Shown: positions 19,053 to 29,515, numbered from the stretch's first letter. The stretch: 64,000 bases of DNA from an uncultured archaeon (GCA_964631415.1 CAZVZC010000001.1:68638-132637), one strand, 5' to 3'. The notes: generated by a model not told the origin, from the sequence alone. Translations and numbers: made by a program.

Positions 19053-19359
19053 CATCGTTTCCTTCCTGATTTGCTGACGACATCAGTCTGTGGCTTCCTG
19101 TGAGTCGCCAATCCTAGCTGGACAGTGTAGTACGGGTTTTCGGATATCCATTGTCAATTAGATGGACTCATGGTTTCTCGAACCATCTAATACACAATCG
19201 GACCAAACCACCAACATATCGGTTTGACGCTTCAAAGAATCCATAAAACTTCAAACGGCCAAGAGAGGCCATGTAAAGGCAATTCACCATCATCAGGTTC
19301 CATCACAATCAAGTTTCATTATATACTCGCATTCCGCGAGCGGCAGTCGGCGATCTTCC

Positions 19360-20547
19360 TTGAAGACACGAACAACATTACTATTCGGAGCGTTTCTCCT
19401 TTCTGTGCTTTTGGGACCACTAACGATTGCAGCGAATGCCCAGAACCTTGACTCGGGTTACCAGCAGAATCAAGGTTCACAAATGGGGCCGGGTGGACCA
19501 CCAGAGCAGCACAGAGGTAGCGACGGAAGCGTCTGGATAAACACGGACATAATCACGATAATGGCCAATGATGAGTTCCCAATGCTCCACTTCTGGTACA
19601 CGTCTGATGACAATGGTACTCGTGCCAAGTTCATGATCTCCTATACCACAATTGTTGAGTTTCAAGACCTCAATGGCGATGGAGCCTTCCAGTCCGATGA
19701 GCGTCTTTACTTTGCTCCCCTCGCTGCATATGATTGGACTGTGACGACTGGTGCAGTCGAAGACAACGGTACTACAACTGAGGTCTGGCTGAAGTACACG
19801 AAGGGTGGCATACGCAGTGGAAACATGATACCAGGGGCACCCATGTATGGCATGCATGATAATGACTCAGTCCAGCGGTTCGAGGATGTCACGCTGCAGA
19901 TTTGGGCGCACATATACCTCACAGACTACACCGGTAATGTCACGGACGATCATGGTGTAAAGGCCAACTACACCGTGGCTGGCGGGTCGGAGCTGAAGAT
20001 GGACATTAAGATTGGCAATTTCCCATTCAGCACTGAAACCTCTGGTGTAGCGATTCAGACAATGCTGAGGGAAAACGAGGCTCCCGGCAACCACGACATG
20101 TACCATCACCGGTTCCAGACCCACGAGAGGCTTCGTAACGTCAACATGACCTCCGACATGAACTGGAACACCGGGGACGGGAACGAGTCCATGTTCGAGA
20201 GGATGAATGGCACTGATGTTCAGCGCATTCAGTTCATGGATGACATGTCGGACGTTGCGCAGGGTTTCTTCAGCTGGGTGGATCAGGCAGTGATAACTTG
20301 GCCCGGAGGAGCAACCGAGGCGGTCAACGTTACAGCCTCCTACATGCCCACGGGAATGGGTGTGGCTGTCTACTTGGCCTACCCCAACTTCGACAACGGC
20401 ACACTGACCCACGATCCATCGATAGGCCTGTATGAGAGCGGAGTTCCCACTAATACACTGTCCATCGACATGCCCGTTGTCCTTGGGATTGGGTTGCTGG
20501 CTGCAGTTGCCATTGCCGTAGTCGTTCTCCGGAGAAAACAGTGGTGA
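19360..20547 (+). CDS. exported, C-terminally anchored beta-rich cell-surface protein
   Basis: Signal peptide, many N-X-S/T sequons, DLNGDG loop, C-terminal TM followed by RRK. Confidence 0.8.
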   Translation: MKTRTTLLFGAFLLSVLLGPLTIAANAQNLDSGYQQNQGSQMGPGGPPEQHRGSDGSVWINTDIITIMANDEFPMLHFWYTSDDNGTRAKFMISYTTIVEFQDLNGDGAFQSDERLYFAPLAAYDWTVTTGAVEDNGTTTEVWLKYTKGGIRSGNMIPGAPMYGMHDNDSVQRFEDVTLQIWAHIYLTDYTGNVTDDHGVKANYTVAGGSELKMDIKIGNFPFSTETSGVAIQTMLRENEAPGNHDMYHHRFQTHERLRNVNMTSDMNWNTGDGNESMFERMNGTDVQRIQFMDDMSDVAQGFFSWVDQAVITWPGGATEAVNVTASYMPTGMGVAVYLAYPNFDNGTLTHDPSIGLYESGVPTNTLSIDMPVVLGIGLLAAVAIAVVVLRRKQW

Positions 20548-20552
20548 GTAGC

Positions 20553-20586
20553 GTAGTGGACACAGTCCACTACCATTTTTCTTCTT
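20553..20586 (+). terminator. hairpin plus T-tract terminator
   Basis: GTAGTGGAC-ACA-GTCCACTAC followed by CATTTTTCTTCTT, right after the stop codon. Confidence 0.6.
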
Positions 20587-20658
20587 AACAGAACAATCTT
20601 ATGGACATAGCAAAATGGAAGGTACACCTCAGAACCAATAGACATGAAACGATGGTGA

Positions 20659-21660
20659 TTGACGGTGAAAGGTCTGCTGCTAGCTCTGGTAATCATATCA
20701 CTAGCAGTTCCGATTGCTCTGCCCTTTCAGGTTCAGGCCGCCGATACTGATACTGTTGTGCTCAATCCTGTAGAAATCCGAGCCATCATGCATGAGAATA
20801 CGACCAGTACACTGATAGTCGATGCACAGGTGAACAACGTAGGTTTGTCATCCATGTCCTCACTCAGTTTCGGTGTTGATTCACTTCAGGTGAATGTCAT
20901 TACCGCTCAGATTGGCAATGAAACAACCGGTGGAGCGACAATCCTGAGAGATGGTTACACCGAAGTCACAGTCACCCTTCCAGACGTTCTGGAAGCAAAT
21001 TCATCTGTCTGGCTCCATCTAGCACTCTTAGCCAGCGATCTTCAATCACCCCTCACTGTCGCGCAGGATGCCAGTCTTCTTCGTGGTGACTTCATCTTCT
21101 ATGTCAGGCCTCTCTCCGTCTTCGCCAACTTCACGTTCACTGCGGTTCTTCCACCCTTTGCATCTCTATCCCTCGATTCTGTAGTACCCCTCTTTCCTGA
21201 CTCTGAATCCAACTTCACTGATGGCCATTCACTCATATTTGTCTGGGAAGTCCCGCTGCTCCTCCCCGGCCAAGAGCGAGTATTCATAGTCAAGTATCAA
21301 CTTCCCAACACCTCTACGGTTCAAACACAGTCTTCACTTCTTGGAAGTCTCCTGTATGGAACACTGGGTGTCATAGCTGGGCTTGCCCTAGCATTCGGTG
21401 GGCCGAAGGTGATTGAACGATTGAGGCACCTCGGAGCCGTAAGATATGTTGGAGTCACAGCTGAAGAAGAGGAGGTCCTCGCGACCATCCGGGAGAAAGG
21501 CGGCTCATGTACTCAGAAAGAGCTCTACAGCCAGTTTGACATGTCGCAGTCGAAGATGAGCCTGATCCTTACTAACCTTGAACAGCGGGGTTTGATTCGA
21601 AGACTAAAGGAAGGACGGGAGAATGTGGTCCACCTGATGGAGCCCAAGCAACCTGACTAA
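20659..21660 (+). CDS. membrane-anchored winged-helix protein (COG2512-like): signal peptide, extracellular beta domain, TM, cytoplasmic wHTH
   Basis: C-terminal EEEVL..IREKGGSCTQKEL...MSQSKMSLILTNLEQRGLIRR...GREN. Confidence 0.8.
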   Translation: MTVKGLLLALVIISLAVPIALPFQVQAADTDTVVLNPVEIRAIMHENTTSTLIVDAQVNNVGLSSMSSLSFGVDSLQVNVITAQIGNETTGGATILRDGYTEVTVTLPDVLEANSSVWLHLALLASDLQSPLTVAQDASLLRGDFIFYVRPLSVFANFTFTAVLPPFASLSLDSVVPLFPDSESNFTDGHSLIFVWEVPLLLPGQERVFIVKYQLPNTSTVQTQSSLLGSLLYGTLGVIAGLALAFGGPKVIERLRHLGAVRYVGVTAEEEEVLATIREKGGSCTQKELYSQFDMSQSKMSLILTNLEQRGLIRRLKEGRENVVHLMEPKQPD

Positions 21661-21670
21661 GAGTCTGACT

Positions 21671-22273
21671 TCACTCCTCGCCTTCTGGACCAAGCCTCTT
21701 TCCCGGGGGCAAATCATCCATCAATAGTCTTTCAGACTCTGCCTTTCTTACAGCCGCTGTGGCCTTCTCACCGCCGATATTCTCCAGTGCGCCGGCTGCA
21801 GTCTGCCTGACGAACATTGATTCATCATGCAAGACACTTATCAGTGGCTCAACAGCAGCGGTGTTCCTCCTTTCACCGAGCTGGGCAGCAGCGAGAATGC
21901 GCACCATGTATCTAGGATCTCTCAGGCAGCTGATGAGTTGTGCTGTTGCACGTGGGTCGTCCATACCCCCAAGACGTTCAATGGCACCAAGCGAAACCTG
22001 TTCGTCATCGCTCCGCACCTCAGCCGCAAGGTCGTCGATGATGGAACTCTGATCTGCCAGACTTCGAGGGACTCTTTCAGATATTACTACTCTGTGTGCA
22101 ATCTCCTCTGGGGCCTTCTGCTTCTTGGCACGAGTCGGAGCAGTTCGGGGAGTCTTGGTCTTCTCTGCTTTCACCACTTTTCTAGCGGGACCTTTCTTCT
22201 TGCTTGCCGCAGGAGCCCTGCTTTTTGTTTCTCCTCTCTTCTCACCCTTATTGACGCTTGATGCCTTTGGCAA
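21671..22273 (-). CDS. HEAT/PBS-lyase repeat protein with Lys/Ala-rich N-terminus (start uncertain)
   Basis: L.D....VR..AA..LG repeats; TTG at 22273 follows GGAGA. Confidence 0.75.
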   Translation of the reverse strand: MPKASSVNKGEKRGETKSRAPAASKKKGPARKVVKAEKTKTPRTAPTRAKKQKAPEEIAHRVVISERVPRSLADQSSIIDDLAAEVRSDDEQVSLGAIERLGGMDDPRATAQLISCLRDPRYMVRILAAAQLGERRNTAAVEPLISVLHDESMFVRQTAAGALENIGGEKATAAVRKAESERLLMDDLPPGKRLGPEGEE

Positions 22274-22403
22274 CTCTCTATCTCCGGGCCTTGATGAGGA
22301 CGCAATGCCGGTCCGCAGCTGCTCTAATAAAGAGTCTGAGTCCACTTCGTCACAGCAAAAACGCCTTAACACACTTCAGGATTTCGCTTCTCTGGTGACC
22401 TCC

Positions 22404-22823
22404 TTGCATGAGTTCTCTGCTGCCTGCTCCATCGTGGAAACTGTCCTAGAGGCAGCAAAGAGTTATGGCGTGACAAGGGTCAAGGCTGTGAACATTGAGG
22501 TCGGAGAGTTCACTTTCCTTCTGCCTGAACAGCTGCGTTTCAATTTTGAGATTGCAAGTCAGAAGACAATCGTTGAGGGTGCGGAGCTGAACATCAGGAT
22601 GGTGAAAGGAAGGTTGATCTGTCGTGACTGCGGGCACGAGGGCGAGGCACAGAGTCCTGATGAGGCTCTGGGTCCTGCCGCCATGTTTGCGCCAATGAAG
22701 TGTACCAAGTGCGGCAGTAGCGCTACGACAATCACTGGTGGCAAGGATTTTCTGATAGCAGATATCGAGGCAGAAGTTGCAGCCCCTGCCAAGAAACAGG
22801 GACCTAGATCAAAACCGCATTGA
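22404..22823 (+). CDS. hypA: hydrogenase maturation nickel metallochaperone
   Basis: TTG start giving (M)HEFS, plus CRDC and CTKC, GG.D. Confidence 0.92.
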   Translation: MHEFSAACSIVETVLEAAKSYGVTRVKAVNIEVGEFTFLLPEQLRFNFEIASQKTIVEGAELNIRMVKGRLICRDCGHEGEAQSPDEALGPAAMFAPMKCTKCGSSATTITGGKDFLIADIEAEVAAPAKKQGPRSKPH

Positions 22824-23184
22824 GGATGCCGTCCTGACCCGGACGACTGGTGACCTTCGCCCGACCCTTGGCTGTCTTGATGATTGTGCCCCGAGTTATC
22901 ACCTTGCGACGCTGGTAGTCTGTATTTGATGGGTTCTTCTCAACATCTTGAATCTCAACCCGGATTGTCTGGTTCTTCTTCGGGTCGGTGATGTTTGCCT
23001 CTTTCACACGCAATACTGGTCTCTTCTTGTTGTGGACGCCTTTGCTGTCGATTGTGCGTCTCTTCGGTTCACCGAGCAGTGTTTCTGTGGGGGAACGACC
23101 CATCTCCCACTTCCTCTTGCTCCTGAATTGCTTGACCTTTGCGCCAGTCGGCCTTCGACCAGACTTGCGATGCCATACGCCCAT
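22804..23184 (-). CDS. rps8e: 30S ribosomal protein S8e (eS8)
   Basis: KRKWEMGR, ITRGTII, VTSRPGQDG. Confidence 0.96.
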   Translation of the reverse strand: MGVWHRKSGRRPTGAKVKQFRSKRKWEMGRSPTETLLGEPKRRTIDSKGVHNKKRPVLRVKEANITDPKKNQTIRVEIQDVEKNPSNTDYQRRKVITRGTIIKTAKGRAKVTSRPGQDGILNAVLI

Positions 23185-23331
23185 ACTGACTACCTCTTGG
23201 CTTAGTCACTGACGCTCACTGTGAAGCAGTTTTAAGTCTTGCTCAGTGGCGGCGTTCAGGTCGTACGGAACATCTCCTTCAAATACGATGAACAGACAGA
23301 TGACCATTGCAGTCTGGATGGAGGCCGTCAC

Positions 23332-24345
23332 ATGGCAAAGATAGAATCCGCCCACGGTGCTGGTGGGAGAATGATGCAGAGTCTGCTGCAAGAAGTGATC
23401 ATCCCCTCCTTTGGGCTTAGGAAGATTGGGACCATAGGTCTAGACGAGATGGATGATGGAGCGACACTACAAGCGAATGGTGCAGGCCTCATAGTGACCG
23501 CAGATGCGCACACCGTCCAACCGCTCTTCTTTCCAGGTGGCAACATCGGAACTCTTGCTGCTTGTGGCACAGTCAATGACCTAGCTGTCATGGGCGCTAG
23601 ACCTGTCGCAATGACAAACACGATAGTGGTAGAGGAGGGCTTCGAGATTGAAACACTTCATGAGATCCTGAAGTCATTGAACGCCATCATAGAACCGCTT
23701 GAGGTCGCGATGATTGCAGGAGACACGAAGGTCATGCCGAGAGGGACTCTTGATGGCCTCGTGATGTCAACATCTGGCATCGGCACACTGTATCTGGACT
23801 CTCCTGTTCCAGACAGTGGCGTCAAGGCCAGCGATGACATAATTGTCACTGGGCCGATAGGGGATCATGGGACGGCATTGCTGGCTCACAGAGAGGGACT
23901 CAAGTTTGAAACTGATTTAACAAGTGACGTGGCTCCTCTCTGGGAGCCGATACGTGGCTGTCTCGACGTTGGGGGTGTACACGCAATGAAAGACCCGACT
24001 CGTGGTGGGACTGCAGTCGCCCTGAATGAGTTCGCATCGAAGTCGAGGGTCGAGATTGAGCTAGATGAGGCCCGCGTGCCTGTTCGTCCTGCCGTGCAGT
24101 CCCTGTGCGACATTCTGGGTCTGGAACCCCTCCACATAAGCTGCGAAGGTCGGGCAGTCATGGCAGTAGACCCCTCCATGACCAACGACATTCTACGAGC
24201 CCTATCAGAGCACAAGACAACCCGAGATGCATGTGTCATTGGCAAGGCGCACAAGGGCGTGGGACGGGTGCTACTGAAGACGGCGATAGGGGGCAGGAAA
24301 GTCCTGCAGGTGCCCTATGGAGAACCGGTGCCTAGGGTCTGCTAG
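23332..24345 (+). CDS. hypE: hydrogenase maturation carbamoyl dehydratase
   Basis: HGAGG, FFPGGNIG, GTVNDL, DPTRGG, C-terminal PRVC. Confidence 0.96.
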   Translation: MAKIESAHGAGGRMMQSLLQEVIIPSFGLRKIGTIGLDEMDDGATLQANGAGLIVTADAHTVQPLFFPGGNIGTLAACGTVNDLAVMGARPVAMTNTIVVEEGFEIETLHEILKSLNAIIEPLEVAMIAGDTKVMPRGTLDGLVMSTSGIGTLYLDSPVPDSGVKASDDIIVTGPIGDHGTALLAHREGLKFETDLTSDVAPLWEPIRGCLDVGGVHAMKDPTRGGTAVALNEFASKSRVEIELDEARVPVRPAVQSLCDILGLEPLHISCEGRAVMAVDPSMTNDILRALSEHKTTRDACVIGKAHKGVGRVLLKTAIGGRKVLQVPYGEPVPRVC

Positions 24346-24460
24346 GTCGTGTCCGAATCAGCTTCGGGTGGTACACTCGCCGAGTACTCTGAGGATTGGC
24401 AACGGTGAACCAACACAAAGCGAGAGTCCGCCAGTTCCATCTAGAGCATCTCATCCGGTC

Positions 24461-25018
24461 CTAGAGTGCCTCGGGGGTTTCCTCTCCTTCTTGGTCCCCA
24501 GAAAGAATACGCTTCAGTTGGAATTTCAGCTGTGCCTTGAGTCTGACCTTGTCTGAATCAAGGCCAAAGTAGTCAGAGAAGAGCTGAGTTGTCGTGAGCA
24601 TCTTGCTCCGGCCCTCTGCCACAGCATCTACGAACTTCTTCTCCTCGAGTTCCTTCACATGATCATAGACATGAGTGCCCCTCTGGGCAACAAGGTCCGA
24701 CTGTAAGATAGGCTGTTTGAGGGCAATGTACACCAAGGTCTGAAGAGTGCCAAATGAGAGGAGTCCACCAGGTATCAGTCTTCCTACCCGAGTGGTCAGT
24801 TCGGGTTTGAGCTGCAACACATACCTGTCCCTCGGCAAGTCCACAACCTCCAATGCCCCACCGCGCTGGTGATACTCGAAGTTCAGGTCATCCAGAAGCT
24901 TCTTTGCGGTAGACTCTGCCTTTCCAATAATGTCTGCCAGCTCCTGCAGTGTCATTGGTCTGCCCGCTACATAGAGCGCCGCCTCGAGTGTCACTAGGTC
25001 GTCATTCAAGCATATCAC
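24461..25018 (-). CDS. scpB: SMC-Scp complex subunit ScpB
   Basis: LEAALYVAGRP, IALKQPI.Q, TT..F.DYFGL. Confidence 0.93.
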   Translation of the reverse strand: MICLNDDLVTLEAALYVAGRPMTLQELADIIGKAESTAKKLLDDLNFEYHQRGGALEVVDLPRDRYVLQLKPELTTRVGRLIPGGLLSFGTLQTLVYIALKQPILQSDLVAQRGTHVYDHVKELEEKKFVDAVAEGRSKMLTTTQLFSDYFGLDSDKVRLKAQLKFQLKRILSGDQEGEETPEAL

Positions 25019-25734
25019 CTAGCCCTCACATGCGGCTTGACCCCTTCTGAGGGCTTCTCCGTTTCTTCGGGCGGAGGCACTAGCTTGACCCATATCACGC
25101 TCTTCTTGTCCATCCAGAGGTCAATGAATGCTCTAGCATAGAGATGCAGCAATGAGAAGAAGATGCGAACTATCTCTCTTCGCGTGTTATTGACCAGTAG
25201 GTCAGTGAACCTGACGACTTCGCCCACTTTGACAATCTTCCAGATGTCCGCATACACCTCAGCGATGGTTTCCTCGATGTTCACCCGGGACGTATCCATG
25301 CTGAAAGATAGGGGTTCTGCCTCTGACCTTCTGTATCGCGACTGAGGAATTGGCCGCTCTCTTATGCCCTTGCTCAGGACTCGGTCCATTGCCATGAGTA
25401 GTTCCTGCAGGGTCACTCTTCTGTTTGTAAGTCTGAAAGGCGGTAGTATCTGGGGGATTGCAAGTTCCTCTTCCTCCTCGTCTACTTCGGGAGGAATCAG
25501 GCCGAGTTCCACGAGGTCTCTGGTCTTCTTCATGAAGATGACTGATGCAGAGTAGAGAGCATTTCCTGAAACTCGGAAGTCAATGTCCCCCATTCTTCTC
25601 ATTTCTTGCAGAAAGCTTGCAACGAGCTTCCCGACATCCACGTTCCAAGGTTCGATGTTGTCCAGCTGAAGGACATCGGTCAGGAGGATGTAGGGTGGCG
25701 AGGCCCAGAAAGGCGTATCATCACTCGTGCTCAC
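25015..25734 (-). CDS. scpA: kleisin ScpA
   Basis: IEPWNVD, DFRVSG, VTLQELL, FFSLLHL; lies between smc and scpB. Confidence 0.9.
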   Translation of the reverse strand: MSTSDDTPFWASPPYILLTDVLQLDNIEPWNVDVGKLVASFLQEMRRMGDIDFRVSGNALYSASVIFMKKTRDLVELGLIPPEVDEEEEELAIPQILPPFRLTNRRVTLQELLMAMDRVLSKGIRERPIPQSRYRRSEAEPLSFSMDTSRVNIEETIAEVYADIWKIVKVGEVVRFTDLLVNNTRREIVRIFFSLLHLYARAFIDLWMDKKSVIWVKLVPPPEETEKPSEGVKPHVRAR

Positions 25735-28700
25735 GCTGACTCAGCCACCTCCTGAAGGTCCACTGAAACTATTCTGGATATGCCATCTTGGTTTGACACA
25801 CCAATGAGCATGTCAGCTTTTCGTACTGTGGTATCCCTGAGCGACACAACTATGAACTGAGAGTTCTTGGACATCTCTGATATCAACAATGCAACGTTGT
25901 GCGCATTGACGTCGTCCAAGGCTGCATCTATCTCATCAAAGACATAGAAGCTTGCGGGGTTGTGCATCTGGATGGCGAAGATCAGTGCCAAGCCGGTGAG
26001 TGTCTTTTCCCCGCCGCTCATCGCATCAAGAGAAACCAGCTCTTTGCCTGCAGGCTTGGACCTGACAGTGATGCCTCCCATCAATGGATGTTCGGCGTTC
26101 TCTAGCATCAGGTTGGCCTCGCCGCCAGGTGATAGCTTGGTAAAAACCTTCGAGAAGTTGTCCGCTATGCTGTTGTATACCTGAAGGAACTTCTGAGTCT
26201 TCTCCTTCTCTAGCTCCTCCATGAAGGACAGTATCTCTTTGTGTTCCTTCTCAAGCTGTGTCTTCTTCTCGACAATTTCGTCGTATCTTCCCTTTTCAGT
26301 GTCATAGTCTGTGAGCGACTTCAAGTTGACTGGACCCATTGCCTCGAGTTCTCTCTCAATCTCTTTGATATTCTCTTCGAGGTCCTCAATTGCTTTGGCA
26401 GTCAGCTCACGTTGTCCTGCTCTCTTCTCAAGCTCTGTTTCCACGTCGGTCACTGCACCAAGCTGAGCAGTTAGTCCGACCAGATCGGTTTCCAGACGTG
26501 AGCGTTCTACTTGGAGCCTGTAGACCGCTTTCTCATTTCCGGTCTGCGACTCCTTGATCTCTTCCTGCTTCAGCCTAAGGTTTCTGATGGTTTCCTTCAG
26601 TTTCAGCTGCCGTACTCGCTTATCCTTGACTGCCGTGTCAATCTGTTCCCTCTCCGACTTCAGTTTGAGAAAATCGCTTTCTTTTGCCCTGAGGTCGGCC
26701 TCAATAGATGTAGCATCCTCTTCCAGACTCGGCAATACTGCCTCCAGTGACGCGATTCGGTGTTCCAGTTCTACTGACTTGGGCAAGTATCTCTCTTGAA
26801 TCGAAACTCTCAGTGCGGAGGTCTCGGTCCGAATCCTCTCGTGGTTTCGCTTGTGCTGTTCCAGGACCTCCTTCAGATCTCTCAGGTCCTGATTCAGCTT
26901 GGCCGTACCTGACTTTGCCAGTATTTCGTTGCACTGGTCTCTCTGTTCTCTGACTCTCTCTCTCTGAGCAGTGAGCTCCTCATCTCGAGTCCTGAGCTCA
27001 GATATCTGTCGCTCCAGTTCCTCAATCGTGACTCTTGCCTTGTCTATCTTCTCTTTCAGTTTCTGTGCTTTTTGCTCCCTGTCCCTGAGTTTCTCCTCCA
27101 AGCCCTTCAGTTCCAGCCCGTCCCTGTAATTCCGCTTAGAAATTTCTTCAATCTCACGGTCAAGTGCCTTTTTCCTGCCCAAGAACTCCTCCTGCTGTTC
27201 TTGCAGCTCAGACAGGATGTCCTCAAGGCCCTTGAGGCGTGAAATCACGTCTGGGCTCGTGTCCTCCTCTTGAAGTGAGAGACCCGTTGAATCTCTATGG
27301 AAGTGTCCTCCAGTGATCAGCCCCGAGCGTTCTACCAAGTCACCCTCCAACGAAACCGCTCTACAGTTGTCGAAACCCATGGCCTTTGCGGTATCGAAGT
27401 CCTTAGTCACAAGTGTGTCCGAGAATACGAATTCAAAGGCAGGACGCATCTTTGGGTCAAAGGTCACAAGGTCCAGTGCATAGCCTATCACACCCTCTTT
27501 CTGTGGCTTCCGACTCGGTCTTCGTGTCTTTATCCTGTTGAGTGGGATGAACGAGGCCCGTCCTACTCGCTCTTTCTTAAGCACATCAATACATCGAGTG
27601 GCCACATCCTCATTCTTTACGACTATGTGGGACAGCCTGTTACCCGCCGCCACTTGCATGGCTGTAGCATAGTCGGGGTCTATTACTCCCAGTTCTGCTA
27701 CTGTACCGTAGACCCCGTCAATCTCTCCCTTGTCACGTAGTTCAAGCACTCTGGCCAAGGCTCTCCGGCGTTTCAAGAACGCCTCTTCGGCCTCTCTCAA
27801 TGCATCCTGACGAGCCTGCAGCTTAATGAGTTCTTCCTTTGTCGAGGTAACGAGCTTGCTGCTCTCACTCACCTGCGCGTCCACTGTGGTAAGTTGCCTC
27901 TCAGTGTCCTCAAGTTCCTGCCGCCTTGCCACTTCGGACTCCTGTAGTCTTTGAAGGGCTGTAGTCTTTGCCGGAACGATGGAGCCGAGTTCTGACAGTT
28001 CCTCGTCTGTCTTCTTCAGGGAATCCTCAGCATCGCGTAACTCCTCATATGTGAGCCCCAGTTCCTTACTATCTGATTTGATGGTAGACCTGATTTCAGT
28101 CACACCCTCATCGAGGTGCGCCATCTGTGTGTTGAGGTCCTGAAGCCTTAGAGTGGCTTCATAGTATGCAGACTGCTCTCTTTCAAGAAGACCATCGAGT
28201 CGTGCGATGTCAGTTGAACATCCTAGGATCTCCTTGTCAAGACTCTCAAGACCGAGCTCCTTCTCCTTGATTGCATACTCCGCAGCGGTCATCTGGTCTT
28301 TCGTGGAACCTAGTTGCTTCTCAAGTGTGTCCCGTTCTTGTCTGGTTCTGTCATAATCACTCTTCGCACGATCCAGTTTGCTCCGGAAGTGTTCAACTTC
28401 TGCAGTCATGGTACCATACTGCTCAGAAACCCTTGAGGCGTTTCCACCGGTTATCAGGTCAATCTCCTGTTCTATCTCTTCAATCTCAGACTCGGTCTTG
28501 GCCATGTCTGCTTCGACCTTGGTCAGCTGCTTGGCAAACCTCTCAGCGTCTGCGGCTCGATCCGCAAGTGTTTCGTCTATCGTACTCGTCCGGTTCTTGG
28601 ACTTGATGACTGTCCAAGTCACGCTCTCGATCTTGGTCTGCTGTATCTGATCACGTAGACCCGTGTAGCGGAGGGCGTCCTTCCTTTCTGCTTCCAGCCG

Positions 28701-29321
28701 CTCCAGCTGGTGACGACGTTCTTGGAGCTGCGTTTCGACCTTGCCTAGGTTGGTTTCACTCTCTGCGAGCTTCTTGAGCGCCTTCTCTTTCTGCTCGTCA
28801 TAGGCTGATATGCCTGCAATCTCCTCAATGAGCTTCCGTCGTTCGATCGGGCTGACTTTGACCATCTGGGCAATCTCGCCTTGGAGTACAAGATTGTAGC
28901 CATTTGGGTCAACGCCTATGCCGCCGAGGATATCTATCACGGCCGCACGGGTGACCATCTTGCCGTTTATCCTGCAGACTGACTTACCAGACTCGTCCAG
29001 CTCTCTCTCAACAACGACTCTGTCGGCATCGATTTGCAGTTTTCTGTCCCTGTTGTTGAAGCAAAGCTCTACAACGGCCGACTTGGCCTTTGGAGGCATG
29101 TCTGGCTTGGGAGGACTATAGAGCAGCTCCGAGAAGACATTCGCACGCAATGTCTTGGCACTCAGCTGCCCAAGCACAAAGAGAATCGCATCAATGACAT
29201 TAGACTTGCCTGACCCGTTCGGCCCGACGATACAGGTGAAGCCAGGACTGAGGTTAATCGTGACGGTGTCCCGGCCAAATGACTTGAAGCCTTTGCATAC
29301 TAGCTTCTCGATGTGGACCAA
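25731..29321 (-). CDS. smc: chromosome segregation protein SMC
   Basis: GFKSF, GPNGSGKSN, coiled coils, hinge GRASFIPL, MSGGEK, FDEIDAALD. Confidence 0.97.
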   Translation of the reverse strand: MVHIEKLVCKGFKSFGRDTVTINLSPGFTCIVGPNGSGKSNVIDAILFVLGQLSAKTLRANVFSELLYSPPKPDMPPKAKSAVVELCFNNRDRKLQIDADRVVVERELDESGKSVCRINGKMVTRAAVIDILGGIGVDPNGYNLVLQGEIAQMVKVSPIERRKLIEEIAGISAYDEQKEKALKKLAESETNLGKVETQLQERRHQLERLEAERKDALRYTGLRDQIQQTKIESVTWTVIKSKNRTSTIDETLADRAADAERFAKQLTKVEADMAKTESEIEEIEQEIDLITGGNASRVSEQYGTMTAEVEHFRSKLDRAKSDYDRTRQERDTLEKQLGSTKDQMTAAEYAIKEKELGLESLDKEILGCSTDIARLDGLLEREQSAYYEATLRLQDLNTQMAHLDEGVTEIRSTIKSDSKELGLTYEELRDAEDSLKKTDEELSELGSIVPAKTTALQRLQESEVARRQELEDTERQLTTVDAQVSESSKLVTSTKEELIKLQARQDALREAEEAFLKRRRALARVLELRDKGEIDGVYGTVAELGVIDPDYATAMQVAAGNRLSHIVVKNEDVATRCIDVLKKERVGRASFIPLNRIKTRRPSRKPQKEGVIGYALDLVTFDPKMRPAFEFVFSDTLVTKDFDTAKAMGFDNCRAVSLEGDLVERSGLITGGHFHRDSTGLSLQEEDTSPDVISRLKGLEDILSELQEQQEEFLGRKKALDREIEEISKRNYRDGLELKGLEEKLRDREQKAQKLKEKIDKARVTIEELERQISELRTRDEELTAQRERVREQRDQCNEILAKSGTAKLNQDLRDLKEVLEQHKRNHERIRTETSALRVSIQERYLPKSVELEHRIASLEAVLPSLEEDATSIEADLRAKESDFLKLKSEREQIDTAVKDKRVRQLKLKETIRNLRLKQEEIKESQTGNEKAVYRLQVERSRLETDLVGLTAQLGAVTDVETELEKRAGQRELTAKAIEDLEENIKEIERELEAMGPVNLKSLTDYDTEKGRYDEIVEKKTQLEKEHKEILSFMEELEKEKTQKFLQVYNSIADNFSKVFTKLSPGGEANLMLENAEHPLMGGITVRSKPAGKELVSLDAMSGGEKTLTGLALIFAIQMHNPASFYVFDEIDAALDDVNAHNVALLISEMSKNSQFIVVSLRDTTVRKADMLIGVSNQDGISRIVSVDLQEVAESA

Positions 29322-29515
29322 GGCACCATCCCTTCCGGCTCCCTAGATGGCCAGTTCTCGACAGAGGCGTGTCTGACTATTATCTGGGGAATACAGGACC
29401 CTAAATACGGTTGGTATGACGGTGGTAATACCATGAGTAATACCCAGGTATTCCCATCTGGGCGAACGCGCTTGCATAAAGCTACAAAAAGATAGCTCTG
29501 AAACCTACCTTCGCA

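Noticed and set aside
22125-22403. Apparent hydrophobic N-terminal fusion to HypA
   Set aside because: HypA needs an N-terminal MHE motif (TTG at 22404); the extension is antisense to the HEAT gene
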